Of a DNA stretch of 64,000 nucleotides, positions 24,401 through 35,447 are shown piece after piece (position 1 is the stretch's first letter; each line of letters begins with the position of its first letter). The DNA comes from Anthoceros angustus (Eukaryota; Plantae; Anthocerotophyta). Location: contig VJWM01000019.1 in NCBI GenBank assembly GCA_010909165.1, positions 1,426,001 through 1,490,000 of the forward strand. Direction: 5' to 3'. Made by a program: the position numbers and the translations under genes. The notes below the pieces were generated by a model, which was given only the letters and a program-made list of their open reading frames with translations, did not search any database and was not told the origin of the DNA.

Positions 24401-24602
24401 GGACTGGCGTTTCGGCCATTACGAGGTGGAGGGACTTCAGGATCCCTTCAGCTCTCTGCTCAGGTCCCTGGCAAGCGTGCTCCTGCTAGGCCAGGCCAGC
24501 AAGAAGAAGAAGGAGCAGCAGGAACGGCTAGCCCCAGCTCAAGTCTTCTCAACCAATCTCCCGAGCTTGACCGAAAAGCAAGCAGCCACAGCTGGAGCCT
24601 GA
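21451..24602 (+). CDS. SFR2: SENSITIVE TO FREEZING 2, GH1-family galactolipid:galactolipid galactosyltransferase, multi-exon
   Basis: N-terminal anchor MSPLLLLINVSKLVGVAG, FFFALATAPAHVEDKLDDAW, HNVAAWHN, MLTLFHHSLP, both GH1 catalytic motifs (WVTFNEPH, IITENGVSD), DNWEWADGYGPKFGL and a C-terminal RDWRFGHYEVEGLQDP. Confidence 0.93.
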
Positions 24603-25007
24603 TGCTGTTGCATCAGAAAATTCTGTCGTTTCTGTGTACAAATGGGGGAAGCTTATTCCATTCAGAGGCTTTAGTCCAGTGTAGATAAGAGATGGATGGT
24701 GGGGATCCAATTGGTCCATGTAAATGTCATGCATAACTCATGTTGCACATTCCTGGGCTTTCCGAGAACCGTAGAATCTCTGACTGCAACGACATATACC
24801 CCAAGACGGTCCCTTCCTCGATGGTGGAGCCGGCAGCAGCGACACATCTTGATGAAGCAACTGATCGTGACACGTGAGCGACACTGCCACTTGTCCCGGC
24901 TGCCAAAGTGCCGCGTATACCTGCACGGATTGTCACCAGCCGCCAGCGTTTAAAGCGCGGAGCTCAAACTGTTGTGGGAATTTGGAACAGCTGAGCTTTG
25001 GAGGGCC

Positions 25008-26809
25008 ATGGCAGAGATGCAGCAGAGTCCGAGGAAGCGGATTCCTGAGGAGGTGGAGGAGACGTGGGGCAAGCAGCAGGAGCTCCCCCCGGAGCAGCGT
25101 CTGAACTCGGCCTTCGAGCACATCCCCCTTGCCGATTTCCCCGATCTCACCAAGGCTCCCTGTAGGTCACGAGCTATGCTGGGTTGTGCTGTTGCTGCTT
25201 CTCCTTTTCCTTCTGGTGGGTTCCAGAGAGAATGTGAGAATGAAGCTTGCTTGAGTGTGTGTGGCAGTGGTGGAGGTACGCTCCGATGCCAACATCCGAG
25301 ACGCGGTTCGAATTCTGGCGGAGCACAACCTGCTGAGCGCGCCTGTGGTGCACGTGGATGCTGCGGAGGATGCGGGATGGATGGACCGGTACCTCGGGCT
25401 GGTGGAGTCGGCTGCCATTGTGTTGTGGGTTTTGAGCAAGGTGGGTTGCAGTGCAGTGGAGTAGAATGTGGGCATCTGTGAGTGTTGGAGATGGAGGCGA
25501 AGTCCGGGATTGAGCGTGGGCTTGGCAGGCGGAGGCGGCGGCTGCAGGAATCATCGCGGCAGCTTCCGGAACCGGGGCTGCAGCGGGGGCTCTGATCGGG
25601 GCGGTGGGAGCGCTGGCTCTGGGGGCCCCGCCGGTGGGCTTGGCTGCTGCGGCAGCGCTGGCGTCTGTGGGAGCGGGGGCAGCCGGGGGGCTGGGGGTGT
25701 CCATTTCGGGCCCAGGCACATCCGGGCCGCAGGCTGCGGCGTCCATGGGCGGGGAGTTCTTCGAGGCTCTGACGGAATCTGGGTTTTATCAGGAATCGAA
25801 GGTGGGGATGGTGATTGGTGAGGGAGGTGGGGATGCATGTGGGTGCTGTGTTGCGTTTTTGAGGGCTGAGGGCGTTTTTCGGCAGTGCAGGTGAAGGACA
25901 TAGTGGGGTCCTTCCGGTGGGCTCCCTTCCTGCCTGTCCGGCCGGCCGACTCTCTGCTGACAGTTCTGCTGCTGCTGTCCAAGTACCGGATGAAGAGCTT
26001 GCCTGTGGTGGAAACCGGGGACCGGGAGATCAAGGGGCTGATTTCGCAGATAGGGGTCATCCACATGCTGTCTCAGTGCAGCGGGTACTCCTGGTTCGAC
26101 AGTGTCGGGAAGAGGAAGCTGCAGGAGCTGAGCCTTCCTGTCATGAAGCATGGGGAGGTGGTGAAGGTGGGTGGCTATGGGTTGGAGTTGAGACTGTCGG
26201 CCTGTGTCCAGTCCTTATGGGGATGCAGTAATAATGTACCATGTGCATTCTGTTGCGCAGGTCTCGGAGGACGACCCGGTGCTTGATGCATTCAAGCGGA
26301 TGAGCGAACATGGGTTCGGTGGCATTCCAGTCGTTGCATCCGGAAGTGGGAATAAGCTGGTGGGAAATATCAGCACACGCGATATTCTCATTCTGCTCAC
26401 ATCTCCCAGGGCCTTCAAGGAGTACAGGTATGGTGCTCCATCTTACCCCCTCTGGAAGAGGGCACTGCATCATCCACTCTTAACTGACAGTGAGGCCGTT
26501 CGGATCTGTGACAGGCGATTCACTGTTGGGAACTTTCTGGAAGCAGCAAGGACTCACCTGCAAGAACAGGGATTGGATTCCCCACTTGGTAGACCACCCG
26601 TGACATGTTCTGCCACTGACACGCTGAAGGACGTGATTAATAAGCTGGATGAAGCAAGAATTCACCGCATTTACGTTGTCAGCGATGAAGAGCACCAGCT
26701 GCAAGGTGTTGTTACACTCAGAGACATCATCTCCAAATTTGTGGTGGAACCGGATGGCTACTTTGGGGACTTCTTCCAGGAAGTGGTTCCTCAGAAGAAA
26801 TCTGCCTGA
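25008..26809 (+). CDS. KING1: CBS-domain SnRK1 regulatory subunit gamma-1-like protein, multi-exon
   Basis: LNSAFEHIP, LSAPVVHVDA.EDA.WMDRYLG, GSFRWAPFLP, LLLLSKYRMKSLPVV, GNISTRDI and IHRIYVV...TLRDII.KFV.EP.GYFGDFF match the sequence I recall for At3g48530. Confidence 0.88.
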
Positions 26810-27233
26810 GCGACTAATTTGTGTCACCAGACACAATGCTCATTACCTCACAGTTGACATTCACAGTTCTATTCATCGACGAATACCAAGTTACATGGTC
26901 TGGTGGAACCGTTCTGGAGTTGCTGAAACGAGGGTAGACCTCCTACCACTTTCTGTTGTCATTACCAATTTTGTGAGCAAGATGGAGAAGAAGAAATCTA
27001 TTCTAGTCCCACTTGGACGGAATTTCCGAAAGGTCATGGACTTTGCTACTTCACAACTTGTACCATGGTGTGCTTGAGCTACGTGCACCAAGGGCATCCA
27101 CTCCCTTTAGGCACCTCATGTATATGGAATTAGACAAGTCATCTCATAGGGCAAGTCCATGGGTATGTGGTAACATAGAGTTCAATATATCAGTTTCCAG
27201 TTGAGGAAGAGCCAAAGGCTATCGAAAGGCCAG

Positions 27234-27306
27234 GTTCTGTTTACAGCATACTTGGATCGGTCGTCAATGGCTACCATCCTTGGCCTAAAAATCCACCTGG
27301 AAAGGG
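27234..27306 (-). repeat. Diverged copy of the PI31 stop-codon/3'UTR segment (other copy at 30643-30729)
   Basis: GTTCTGTTTACAGCATACTTGGATCGGT...TCAATGGCTACCAT(C/T)CTTGGCCTAAA(A/G)ATCCACCT(G/A)GAAAGGG occurs at both places in the same orientation, with one internal indel. Confidence 0.85.
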
Positions 27307-27316
27307 GTAGAGGCAT

Positions 27317-27435
27317 GCGGCTTAGAGGGGAAGGGGAAGGGGCAGGAGTAGGGGCAGGGGTAGGGGAGGAGCAGGAGCAGGGGCAGTGGTAGGGGCAGGC
27401 GCAGGGGCAAGGGTAGGGTAGGGACACGCGGCTTA
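27317..27435 (+). repeat. G-run-rich tract ((GGGGCA/GGGGTA)-like) bounded by GCGGCTTA direct repeats
   Basis: About a dozen G3-G4 runs; GCGGCTTA occurs at about 27317 and 27428. Confidence 0.7.
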
Positions 27436-27834
27436 AAGGCTAAGCGTCCTTGGGCTTCGGCTATGGACTTGGTCCTTGGATCTCGAGATTCTCCTTTCAT
27501 GCTTACCTATACTTGCCTATGTATGCAGCATTCGAGTTCAGGATTCATTCAGCAGCTTCCATTTGAGATAATAGCAATCTGTTTGCAAGTTCTGGTTTTT
27601 CAAGGTTAAGGTTTTTCCAGTTCCAGTTCCAGTTCAGGTTTTGCTGATCAGGTCAGAAAACTTCAGCAAGGTCATGTGTTTTCGTTTGCATATTACTTGC
27701 TTGTGTTGTAGCCTTGATGCCTATCATTAGCGTCATTGGGCTTCAGCAACGTACTTGGTCCTTGGATCTCCTTTCATACTTACCTATACTTGCCTATATA
27801 TACCTATCTATGCAGCAATTAGGTCCAGGGTTCA

Positions 27835-28081
27835 TTAGGATTCATTCGGCAGCTTGAAGCTTCCCTCACTAGCATTCATTCAGCAGCTTCCCTCTTTAGG
27901 ATTCATTCGGCAGCTTCCCTCATTAGGATTCATTCCGCAGCTTCCCTCATTAGGATTCATTCCGCAGCTTCCCTCATTAGGATTCATTCGGCAGCTTCCC
28001 TCATTAGGATTCATTCCGCAGCTTCCCTCATTAGGATTCATTCAGCAGATTCGCTCATTAGATTCATTCAGCAGCTTCCCT
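27835..28081 (+). repeat. 27-bp minisatellite, about 9 copies (TTAGGATTCATTCNGCAGCTTCCCTCA)
   Basis: Directly visible tandem copies; one dispersed copy lies near 27540. Confidence 0.95.
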
Positions 28082-28516
28082 AGTTAGCGCTCATTCACCA
28101 GCTTTTAAGAGCAATCCAGTTGCAAGTTCTAAAGTGAGTGAGCGTCACCCTTGGTGTCGACTTCTTGAATTGTTGGCAGGGTGGTGAGTTGTGCCCCGGC
28201 TGTCTGGCTTCCTTTTGATGAGATCGTGAATGTGATGAATATGGCGATTGTTTTGGGACAACTACAAGAGTGAGATTGGGATTACCACTTAGCGCTTGTC
28301 CCTTTGTGCAAGAGTAACTTCTGATATTTTCTACTCCTATGTTAGATAACTACAAGAGTGAGATCTGGAGTGTAATTGATAAAATGATATTGGTGTTGTT
28401 TAGCACTTGTCATGCTATTATGTCTTTCCTATTTATAATATACGTGATTGGTTACTTCAGAAGTTAATTTGTTAATTTGATTCCAGCCAATCAATCAATC
28501 AACTTAAGATTTTGTT

Positions 28517-29266
28517 GTGTGTTTTGAAGGACGCAACAGAAACTGTATGAAAGACAGTGAAGATCATATATTAGATTACGAGATGGAAAATGGTACTCGT
28601 GATTTGTCTACACTCGCGAATGAAGAGCAACCAAGAGAGAATGAGACAGAGAAGGAGGACACAGAGGCGAACGCCAAAATACAACAAAAGAGTGCAAAGA
28701 AGAAGACTCGTGATCTGTCTACATTCGCGAATGAAGAGCAACCAAGAGATAATGAGATAGAGAAGGAGGACACAGAGGAGAACGCCAAAATACAACAAAA
28801 GAGCGCAAAGAAGAAGAGAAACAAGAGACAAAAAAGAAACAAGGAGCAGAAGACTGACTCTAGCCTTCAAGGGAAGAAAGAACCACAACCAAGTAGAGTA
28901 TTGGAGAAGAAGATAGAATGTTGCAATCAGGTGAAAGAAAAAATCATGCAACAGAGCGCCGCAAAAGAAGAGGAGAACAAGAATGCCGCAAAAGAAGAAG
29001 AGAACAAGAAACAGAAAGTAACACAGGAAAAGTCTAAAAGAGAATGTAGCACTAAAAACAAAGAAAAAACAGCACAAAGTAGGGAAAAGGCAAAGGAGAA
29101 GTATGAGAGAGAATTTAGGACCAAAGAGAGGAAATACAAATTAGATAGAGAACTTAGAGCACAAGATAGAGAAAATGGGAAACATATTCAAGTCTCTCTT
29201 TACTATGGAGATTTCCCACATGCTACTGATGAATATCTAGATTTGACAACATATATTTTTTATTAA
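28517..29266 (+). other. Lys/Glu-rich low-complexity ORF (249 codons) with a 111-bp internal duplication; coding status unknown
   Basis: TRDLST.ANEEQPR.NE.EKEDTE.NAKIQQKSAKKK is repeated (28595 and 28706). No recognisable domain. Confidence 0.3.
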
Positions 29267-29392
29267 TTACCACACTCATCATTTTTTCTACGAAAGCTAT
29301 AAGGCTTTACAAACATTTTGCACTTTGTACAGAAAGCCCCTGAGAGATGGGAATAAAAACCCGCTTAATCACGGGTCAGCACCCCTTCAGGA

Positions 29393-29716
29393 CTAGGTCT
29401 GTACATAGCGAACAGGACTAGGTCCGTACCTAGCGAACAAAACGTACGGGAACATAGAAGCAGCGACATGGCGGACAAAACTAGGTCCATACCTAGCGAA
29501 CAAAACGAACGGGAACACAGAAGCAGCGACATGGCGGACAAAACTAGGTCTGTACCTAGCGGACATAGAAGCAGCGCCATGGCGGACGAACTAGGTCCAT
29601 ACCTAGCGGACAAAACTAACGGAAACACAGAAGCAGTGACATGGCGGACAAAACTAGGTCTGTACCTAGCGGACCAAACGAACGGGAACATAGAAGCAGC
29701 GACATGGTGGACAAAA
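29393..29716 (+). repeat. ~63-bp tandem repeat, each unit carrying a CTAGGT-N4-ACCTAG inverted repeat
   Basis: Five perfect and one imperfect copy of the 16-bp palindrome, embedded in units ending GAAGCAGCGACATGGCGGACAAA. Confidence 0.92.
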
Positions 29717-30719
29717 CGCACCGGAACCCAAAAGCAGCACAAATTAGAAAACACACATAGCCCTAGTCCATGGAACAAGCATCCCATTACCAATTGAAGA
29801 GACCAACACATTCTTCTTGCGTAATTGGCTTGACCACATTACATCCTTGTTGGTACATGCTTTATGACTACAATTGAGGCATATGATAGAAGGACGAGAA
29901 GACCTCTTCTTATTAACCCCAGTATAGTATATATCGGATCAACTTATGCATAGTCTTGAACATAACATTTTCATTTTATACCTGTTTTTATCAAATTTTC
30001 TACCAAATTTACTTTTGCGCAAACTATGGGTTGATCCTTAGACCAAATTGGATTTTTTTGTTGGATAAAATACGCTCTTGTACATGATGTGTCAATACAC
30101 CGACTCGAAAGATGCTCTTATTAGGTGCATTTGAACTATGGTGGTGTTAGCCAGGTTAGAGATGATTAGAGTAACCTCATGGGCATCTAGTTGTTGGGAC
30201 CTTACATCATTTCTACATCGATGCCTGGGTCACCAGGTTTGAAGTTGAAAATCATATTCTCTATAAATCCCCTTAACATACCCTTGTGAATCCTCGTACA
30301 TCCCCCATACCCCCATAACTGTCAATGTCACAGTTACGGACATAAAATTAGTAAAACGTGCAGAGAATTGTATGTTATTATGTATATATATTTATATATA
30401 TATTTACACCCATTTATACACGTGAAATTGTTACGACACAATTTGGCGACCGAGCAAGATTGAGTTGTCATGCCCCTAGGACGCCCGCGAAAGAAACTCA
30501 AAACGTTTTTTACAACGTAGAAAACGAACGAAATGATAAAAAATACGGAGCCTCTTCGTAACTAGGCCTGCATCTACTTATCCTCTGTTCCTGTTATTTA
30601 CAAGTGCTTCCAAAATGAACCTAGACACAGAGCCCTTGCTTTGTTCTGTTTACAGCATACTTGGATCGGTTGGTTAGACCCACCAATCAATGGCTACCAT
30701 TCTTGGCCTAAAGATCCAC

Positions 30720-32341
30720 CTAGAAAGGGTTGAAATGCTCCACATCTGGATGAGGCCCGCGTCCAGGAGGTGGCCTGCACACAGATCAATCATAACAGCC
30801 AAACCATTAAAGCTTACACAAACAAAGCTACACCAGACTATAAGCATGAGAAAGGCTAGAGTGTGTGGCCGTACCGAGCGAATCGGTTTGGCTCAAATCC
30901 TGGTACTCCAGGTGGCCCATAGGGGTCAAATCTCGCTCCAGGTGGCACACCTCTGCAGCCATTGGCAAAACAAACATCACTCAACATTGGACAGTGATAA
31001 GTTACTTGAAATAACATTTGCCTAAACTGGGTCACCAAATGGACAGAAGGTTGTAGCATACGGGGGGCCTCCTCGAAAACCTTCGTCAGGACCAATTCTT
31101 CCCCATGTTGGAGCATTTGGACCTGGTCACATTGTTACGTGACGCATTAGTCCCCCAGAGCAAAGTACAGAGTAACACAGTCAGGTGCACACACTCTTGA
31201 TACCTACCAAGTAACATTCCACCATCGTATCCACTCGGATCTCGCCTGCCACAAGAAAAAAAGCAGGGACCATCAACTGAGGCAAGCAATGCAATATTAA
31301 CGCAATAAAATCTGGCAATACGCTTAGAACGCATACCTTGGAAAGACTCCTGCTCCCGGGCCTGGCAACAAATCACTACCCCCATAAGCTGGGATTGGCG
31401 GGGTTACGAATCTGTCAAACCATTGTAAGTTAGTGACAGGCAGCTTGCAGCAAAGGAACAAAAAGGTTCCGCGCCTATGGAGCTATCACCAAACACATAC
31501 CCAAAGCCGGGTCCAAGCTGCGTACGATCCTCCAAAACAGATCTTGAAGAGGGTCGACTTGCTTCCCTAGCTGGTTCCCTGTGCGTAGCCCTAGAAACAG
31601 CCAGCCCATTTAGTTACCAGCCACAGCCCCAAACTCACTCTTCTCGGGACCAGGAAAGCTACATACGATGGTACAGACGGGCCAGAACTGTTTGAGGTCT
31701 CGGTAAGTTGCGAGAGAATCTGCTTGTTCACAGAGGCAACGAGGCCATCGATGTTCTTGAATTGCTGCTGGTAATTCCCGGCATCAGTGTCCACGGCATA
31801 CTCCGTAACCCTGCTCACTCAACAATATGAGCACCCTAACTGCGTCTTGTTGCGCAGAGCGGAAGCAAGAGCAGCAAAGCGGCTTACTTGATCTCCAAAT
31901 TGTGGGGCAGCGGCGCTTCCGCAGCGTCCGTGTCCGACAGGCGAGCAGCCTCCACCATGAGCAAGTCCCCCATGCTCACACATCTCACTACAACGGCTCT
32001 GGCCAAATCTTTCTGCCCGCCTCCGGCGTACCTGAAGGTATACGCCCCTTCCATATCATCCCATCCTTCAATCCCGATTTCAGCCTCCTCTGCAAAGAAC
32101 GCAGCCAGGAAGAATCTCACAAACTCGCAATTCACCCTCCACCGGATGCCAAACGCCTCAATTGAGCAAAACCTTGAGGAGCAGCAGATCCAGAGGCCGC
32201 GGCCTGTGATCCTACAGCGGTGAGAGAATAGCCGGCAGCCAGAAAGGCAGCGTGCACGGCAAACGCCACCCGCTGGTGCGCGTCCCTGAGAGCAGGCCGG
32301 GCCGCCCTGATCACTCCCATCACTGCTGCACCCGTCGCCAT
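30720..32341 (-). CDS. PI31: Proteasome inhibitor PI31 (PSMF1-like), multi-exon
   Basis: FP-domain N-terminus (VIRAARP...AFAVHAAFLAAGY, IEGWDDMEGAYTFRY), the PI31 motif VPPGARFDPYGPP, and a last exon RPPPGRGPHPDVEHFNPF ending at stop 30720-30722. Confidence 0.88.
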
Positions 32342-32794
32342 GCTTCGTCACGCTGATCTTCCCACGCAAGCTTGCAGTCGACTGCGGATTCTCCTGCCTC
32401 TGAAATCGGCAGACAGACAAGACTGTGTCTCCTGCCCGCTGCCTGCTGGTGTCGGCGTCGCCGTCTAATTACACGCCGTCCGAGTTTGACGCCGTCTAAA
32501 TAAACCGAGGGCGAGAGCTTGTCCGGATGTGCACATGCGGATGGAGAGAGGCGCAACGGAGGTGATGTGTTTTTATCTATACAGTAGTCGAAGATAAAGT
32601 TTGGGCGAAGATAACTCTTACATGTTAGCCGCACCCATCTGTCGGGTATTCCCACCAGGGCGTTGTTTTTTTTCTTGTAATAAACCCTGAAATATTAGGC
32701 TTAGAAAAACAACGGTTGGGCGAAGAAGTGCGGCGTTGTTGAAGAGCGTTGCTTCCTAAGCTCCATCGAAGGAAGCAGAAGGCAAGGCGGCACC
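32342..32794. promoter_or_regulatory. Head-to-head intergenic region between PI31 (-) and the divergent beta-tubulin (+)
   Basis: Start codons are only about 450 bp apart in divergent orientation. Confidence 0.35.
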
Positions 32795-34808
32795 ATGAGA
32801 GAGATCTTGCACATCCAGGGGGGCCAGTGCGGCAATCAGATTGGGGCAAAGTTCTGGGAAGTGGTGTGCGACGAGCACGGGATCGATCCTACGGGCACCT
32901 ATCATGGAGACACGGATCTGCAGTTGGAGCGGATCAATGTATACTTCAACGAGGCGTCGGGGGGCCGCTATGTGCCCCGCGCTGTGCTCATGGATCTGGA
33001 GCCCGGCACGATGGACAGCATCCGAGCTGGTGCTTATGGCCAGATCTTCAGGCCAGATAACTTCATCTTTGGCCAGACGGGGGCCGGAAACAACTGGGCC
33101 AAGGGCCACTACACCGAGGGCGCGGAGCTCATAGATTATGTTCTTGATGTGGTGCGCAAGGAGGCCGAGGGGTGTGATTGCTTGCAAGGTGCTGCGTTTC
33201 CCGTGTTCATCTTGCAACTCGAATCAATTTGATGCAAGCTTGGAGGCTTTGTGACAAGGCTGGCATTAGCACTCACGCTGCCAAGCATGCCAAGAGCTTC
33301 TCTGGCAGGGATAACGGAACGACGTTGCGCTATGGAGTGGTTCTTGTTTACAAAAGAGTTGCACAAAGACGTCTCCGGAGAGCATGAATTTTGTTGATCA
33401 TGGTGCCAACGAGACATTGCATCCCGGCTCCTTGCTCCCACTAAGATGCCATGTTGTTGTGTCTTGAAAAGTCCGCATCATCTTCGAGCTTCGGTATGCA
33501 AATTTCAGAGCCCTATTAGTGTGTGCTCAAGGTTTGTTTGAGTCGTGTATCCTGCTCGGATCTGCTGTTGTCTTCAGGGTTGACGGAAAGTGGTACCTGC
33601 AGGATTTCAAGTTTGCCATTCTATGGGAGGAGGGACGGGGTCTGGGATGGGCACGCTTTTGATATCCAGAATCCGAGAGGAGTATCCGGACAGGATGATG
33701 GTGACGTTTTCAGTGGTACCATCTCCAAAGGTGGGAGACCTGCTTGAAAAGTGTGCGATCTCACGTCAGCTTCTACAAGTTTGAGGACACGAAAGCAATG
33801 CTGATATGCATCTGCAGGTATCTGATACTGTAGTGGAGCCCTACAATGCAACCCTATCCGTGCACCAGCTGGTGGAGAATGCTGATCAGTGCATGTGCCT
33901 GGACAACGAGGCTTTGTATGATATCTGCTTCCGAACACTTAAACTGACCACCCCGACATTTGGAGACTTGAACCACTTGATATCCGCCACCATGAGTGGA
34001 ATCACTTGTTCCTTGAGGTTTCCCGGGCAACTGAACTCGGATCTGCGGAAACTGGCAGTGAACCTGGTACCCTTTCCTCGTCTTCACTTTTTCATGATTG
34101 GCTTCGCTCCTCTCACATCCAGGAGCTCCACACCCTACCGCGCCACCACAGTGACTGAGCTGACGCAGCAAATGTGGGACTCCAAAAACATGATGTGCGC
34201 GGCCGACCCCCGGAATGGCCGCTACTTGACTGCCTCTGCCATGTTCCGGGGCCGAATGTCTACCAAGGAGGTTAGCAAGTTACCTGTGGCATGCATGCAT
34301 ATCCTTTGGCCAAGTCTTGACATCACTGCAAGAATCCTGAATTGGCTCACGGTTGTAGGTGGACGAGCAAATGTTAAGTGTACAGAACAAGAACTCGTCT
34401 TTCTTCGTGGAATGGATTCCAAACAACGTCAAGAGTTCCGTCTGTGACATTCCCCCGAAAGGCCTGAAGATGTCAGCCACCTTCATCGCCAACTCCACTG
34501 CAATTCAGGTGCTCCGCACCACCTTATAAGCAAACTTTCTGTGTTGCACTACATACAGTTGTAGAGTCTGATCCAGTTGTGCACTGCAGGAAATGTTTAA
34601 GCGTGTGGATGACCAGTTTTCGGCCATGTTCAAGAGGAAGGCTTTCTTGCACTGGTACATAGGAGAGGGCATGGATGAGCTGGAGTTCACAGAGGCGGAG
34701 AGCAACCTTCACGATCTGGTGAACGAGTACCAGCAGTACCAAGATGCCATTGCAGACAAGGAGGATCATGGGGAGCATCATAGTCGTTCCCACAAAGACC
34801 AGGCTTAA
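32795..34808 (+). CDS. TUB: Divergent beta-tubulin, 5 exons (32795-33188, 33603-33730, 33818-34270, 34359-34508, 34590-34808; 447 aa)
   Basis: [26 protein letters not shown] and the remaining beta-tubulin core. All four introns are GT-AG and splice in frame with no stops. Confidence 0.95.
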
Positions 34809-35222
34809 CTGTCCGCAGTAGTTCCAGTACACACGTCCCTGTTCGATGATTCATGCATGCTCGCCAGCAAGGGCTTGCATGGCGTTCATGACTCATGAGG
34901 AGGAAGTATGACTCTGCCCAAAGTGTAGACATGGTTTATGAACTTGCCATGTAGCCAGCCGCCTACATACCACTTGTTCTTTTGTACAGGTACTAGAGTC
35001 TACACTCCCTAATTGGGAACCTTTGGGAGGGCCTCTACAGCTCCCATTTAGGACGTGTCCAATTGAAAAATTTTATATTATTAATATATATTCAGATATA
35101 AAGTTATAAAAGAAAAAGCTTGGTCCAATTAATAAGTGTCATTTAAAATACCTAATCAATTTAATCCATGTGAACCAAGACATAAGATTGAATCATAAAA
35201 TTTTTTTATTGAGGTAAACAAA

Positions 35223-35447
35223 TGATGGAAAAAGCCCATCCAAGAGAGGTCGAGATGGAGAGGAGCAATTGATCCCCTACCTAAAGTCTCAATAAAAAAA
35301 GATGGAGAGGAGCAATTGATCTCCTACCTAAAGTCTCAATAAAAAAAGACGATGGAAAAAACCCATCTAAGAGGTCGAGATAGAAAATCTAAGAGGTCGA
35401 GATAGAGAGAGATAGAGAGGAACAACTGAACTCCCTACCTAAAGTCA
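35223..35447 (+). repeat. Nested short tandem duplications (47-bp unit at 35254-35300 and 35301-35347, plus a degenerate third copy) in an AT-rich intergenic patch
   Basis: GATGGAGAGGAGCAATTGATC(C/T)CCTACCTAAAGTCTCAATAAAAAAA occurs twice; AAGAGGTCGAGAT-like units recur. Confidence 0.85.

Larger units (their letters stand above)
27307..30642. mobile_element. Unclassified repeat-rich, partly AT-rich insertion between KING1 and PI31; probable transposon relic
   Basis: Contains several unrelated tandem arrays, a low-complexity ORF and an LTR-end/PBS-like motif. No transposase, RT or integrase motif was found. Confidence 0.4.

Noticed and set aside
27835-29716. Tandem arrays considered as CRISPR-like
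   Set aside because: No unique spacers, no cas genes, and a eukaryotic context.
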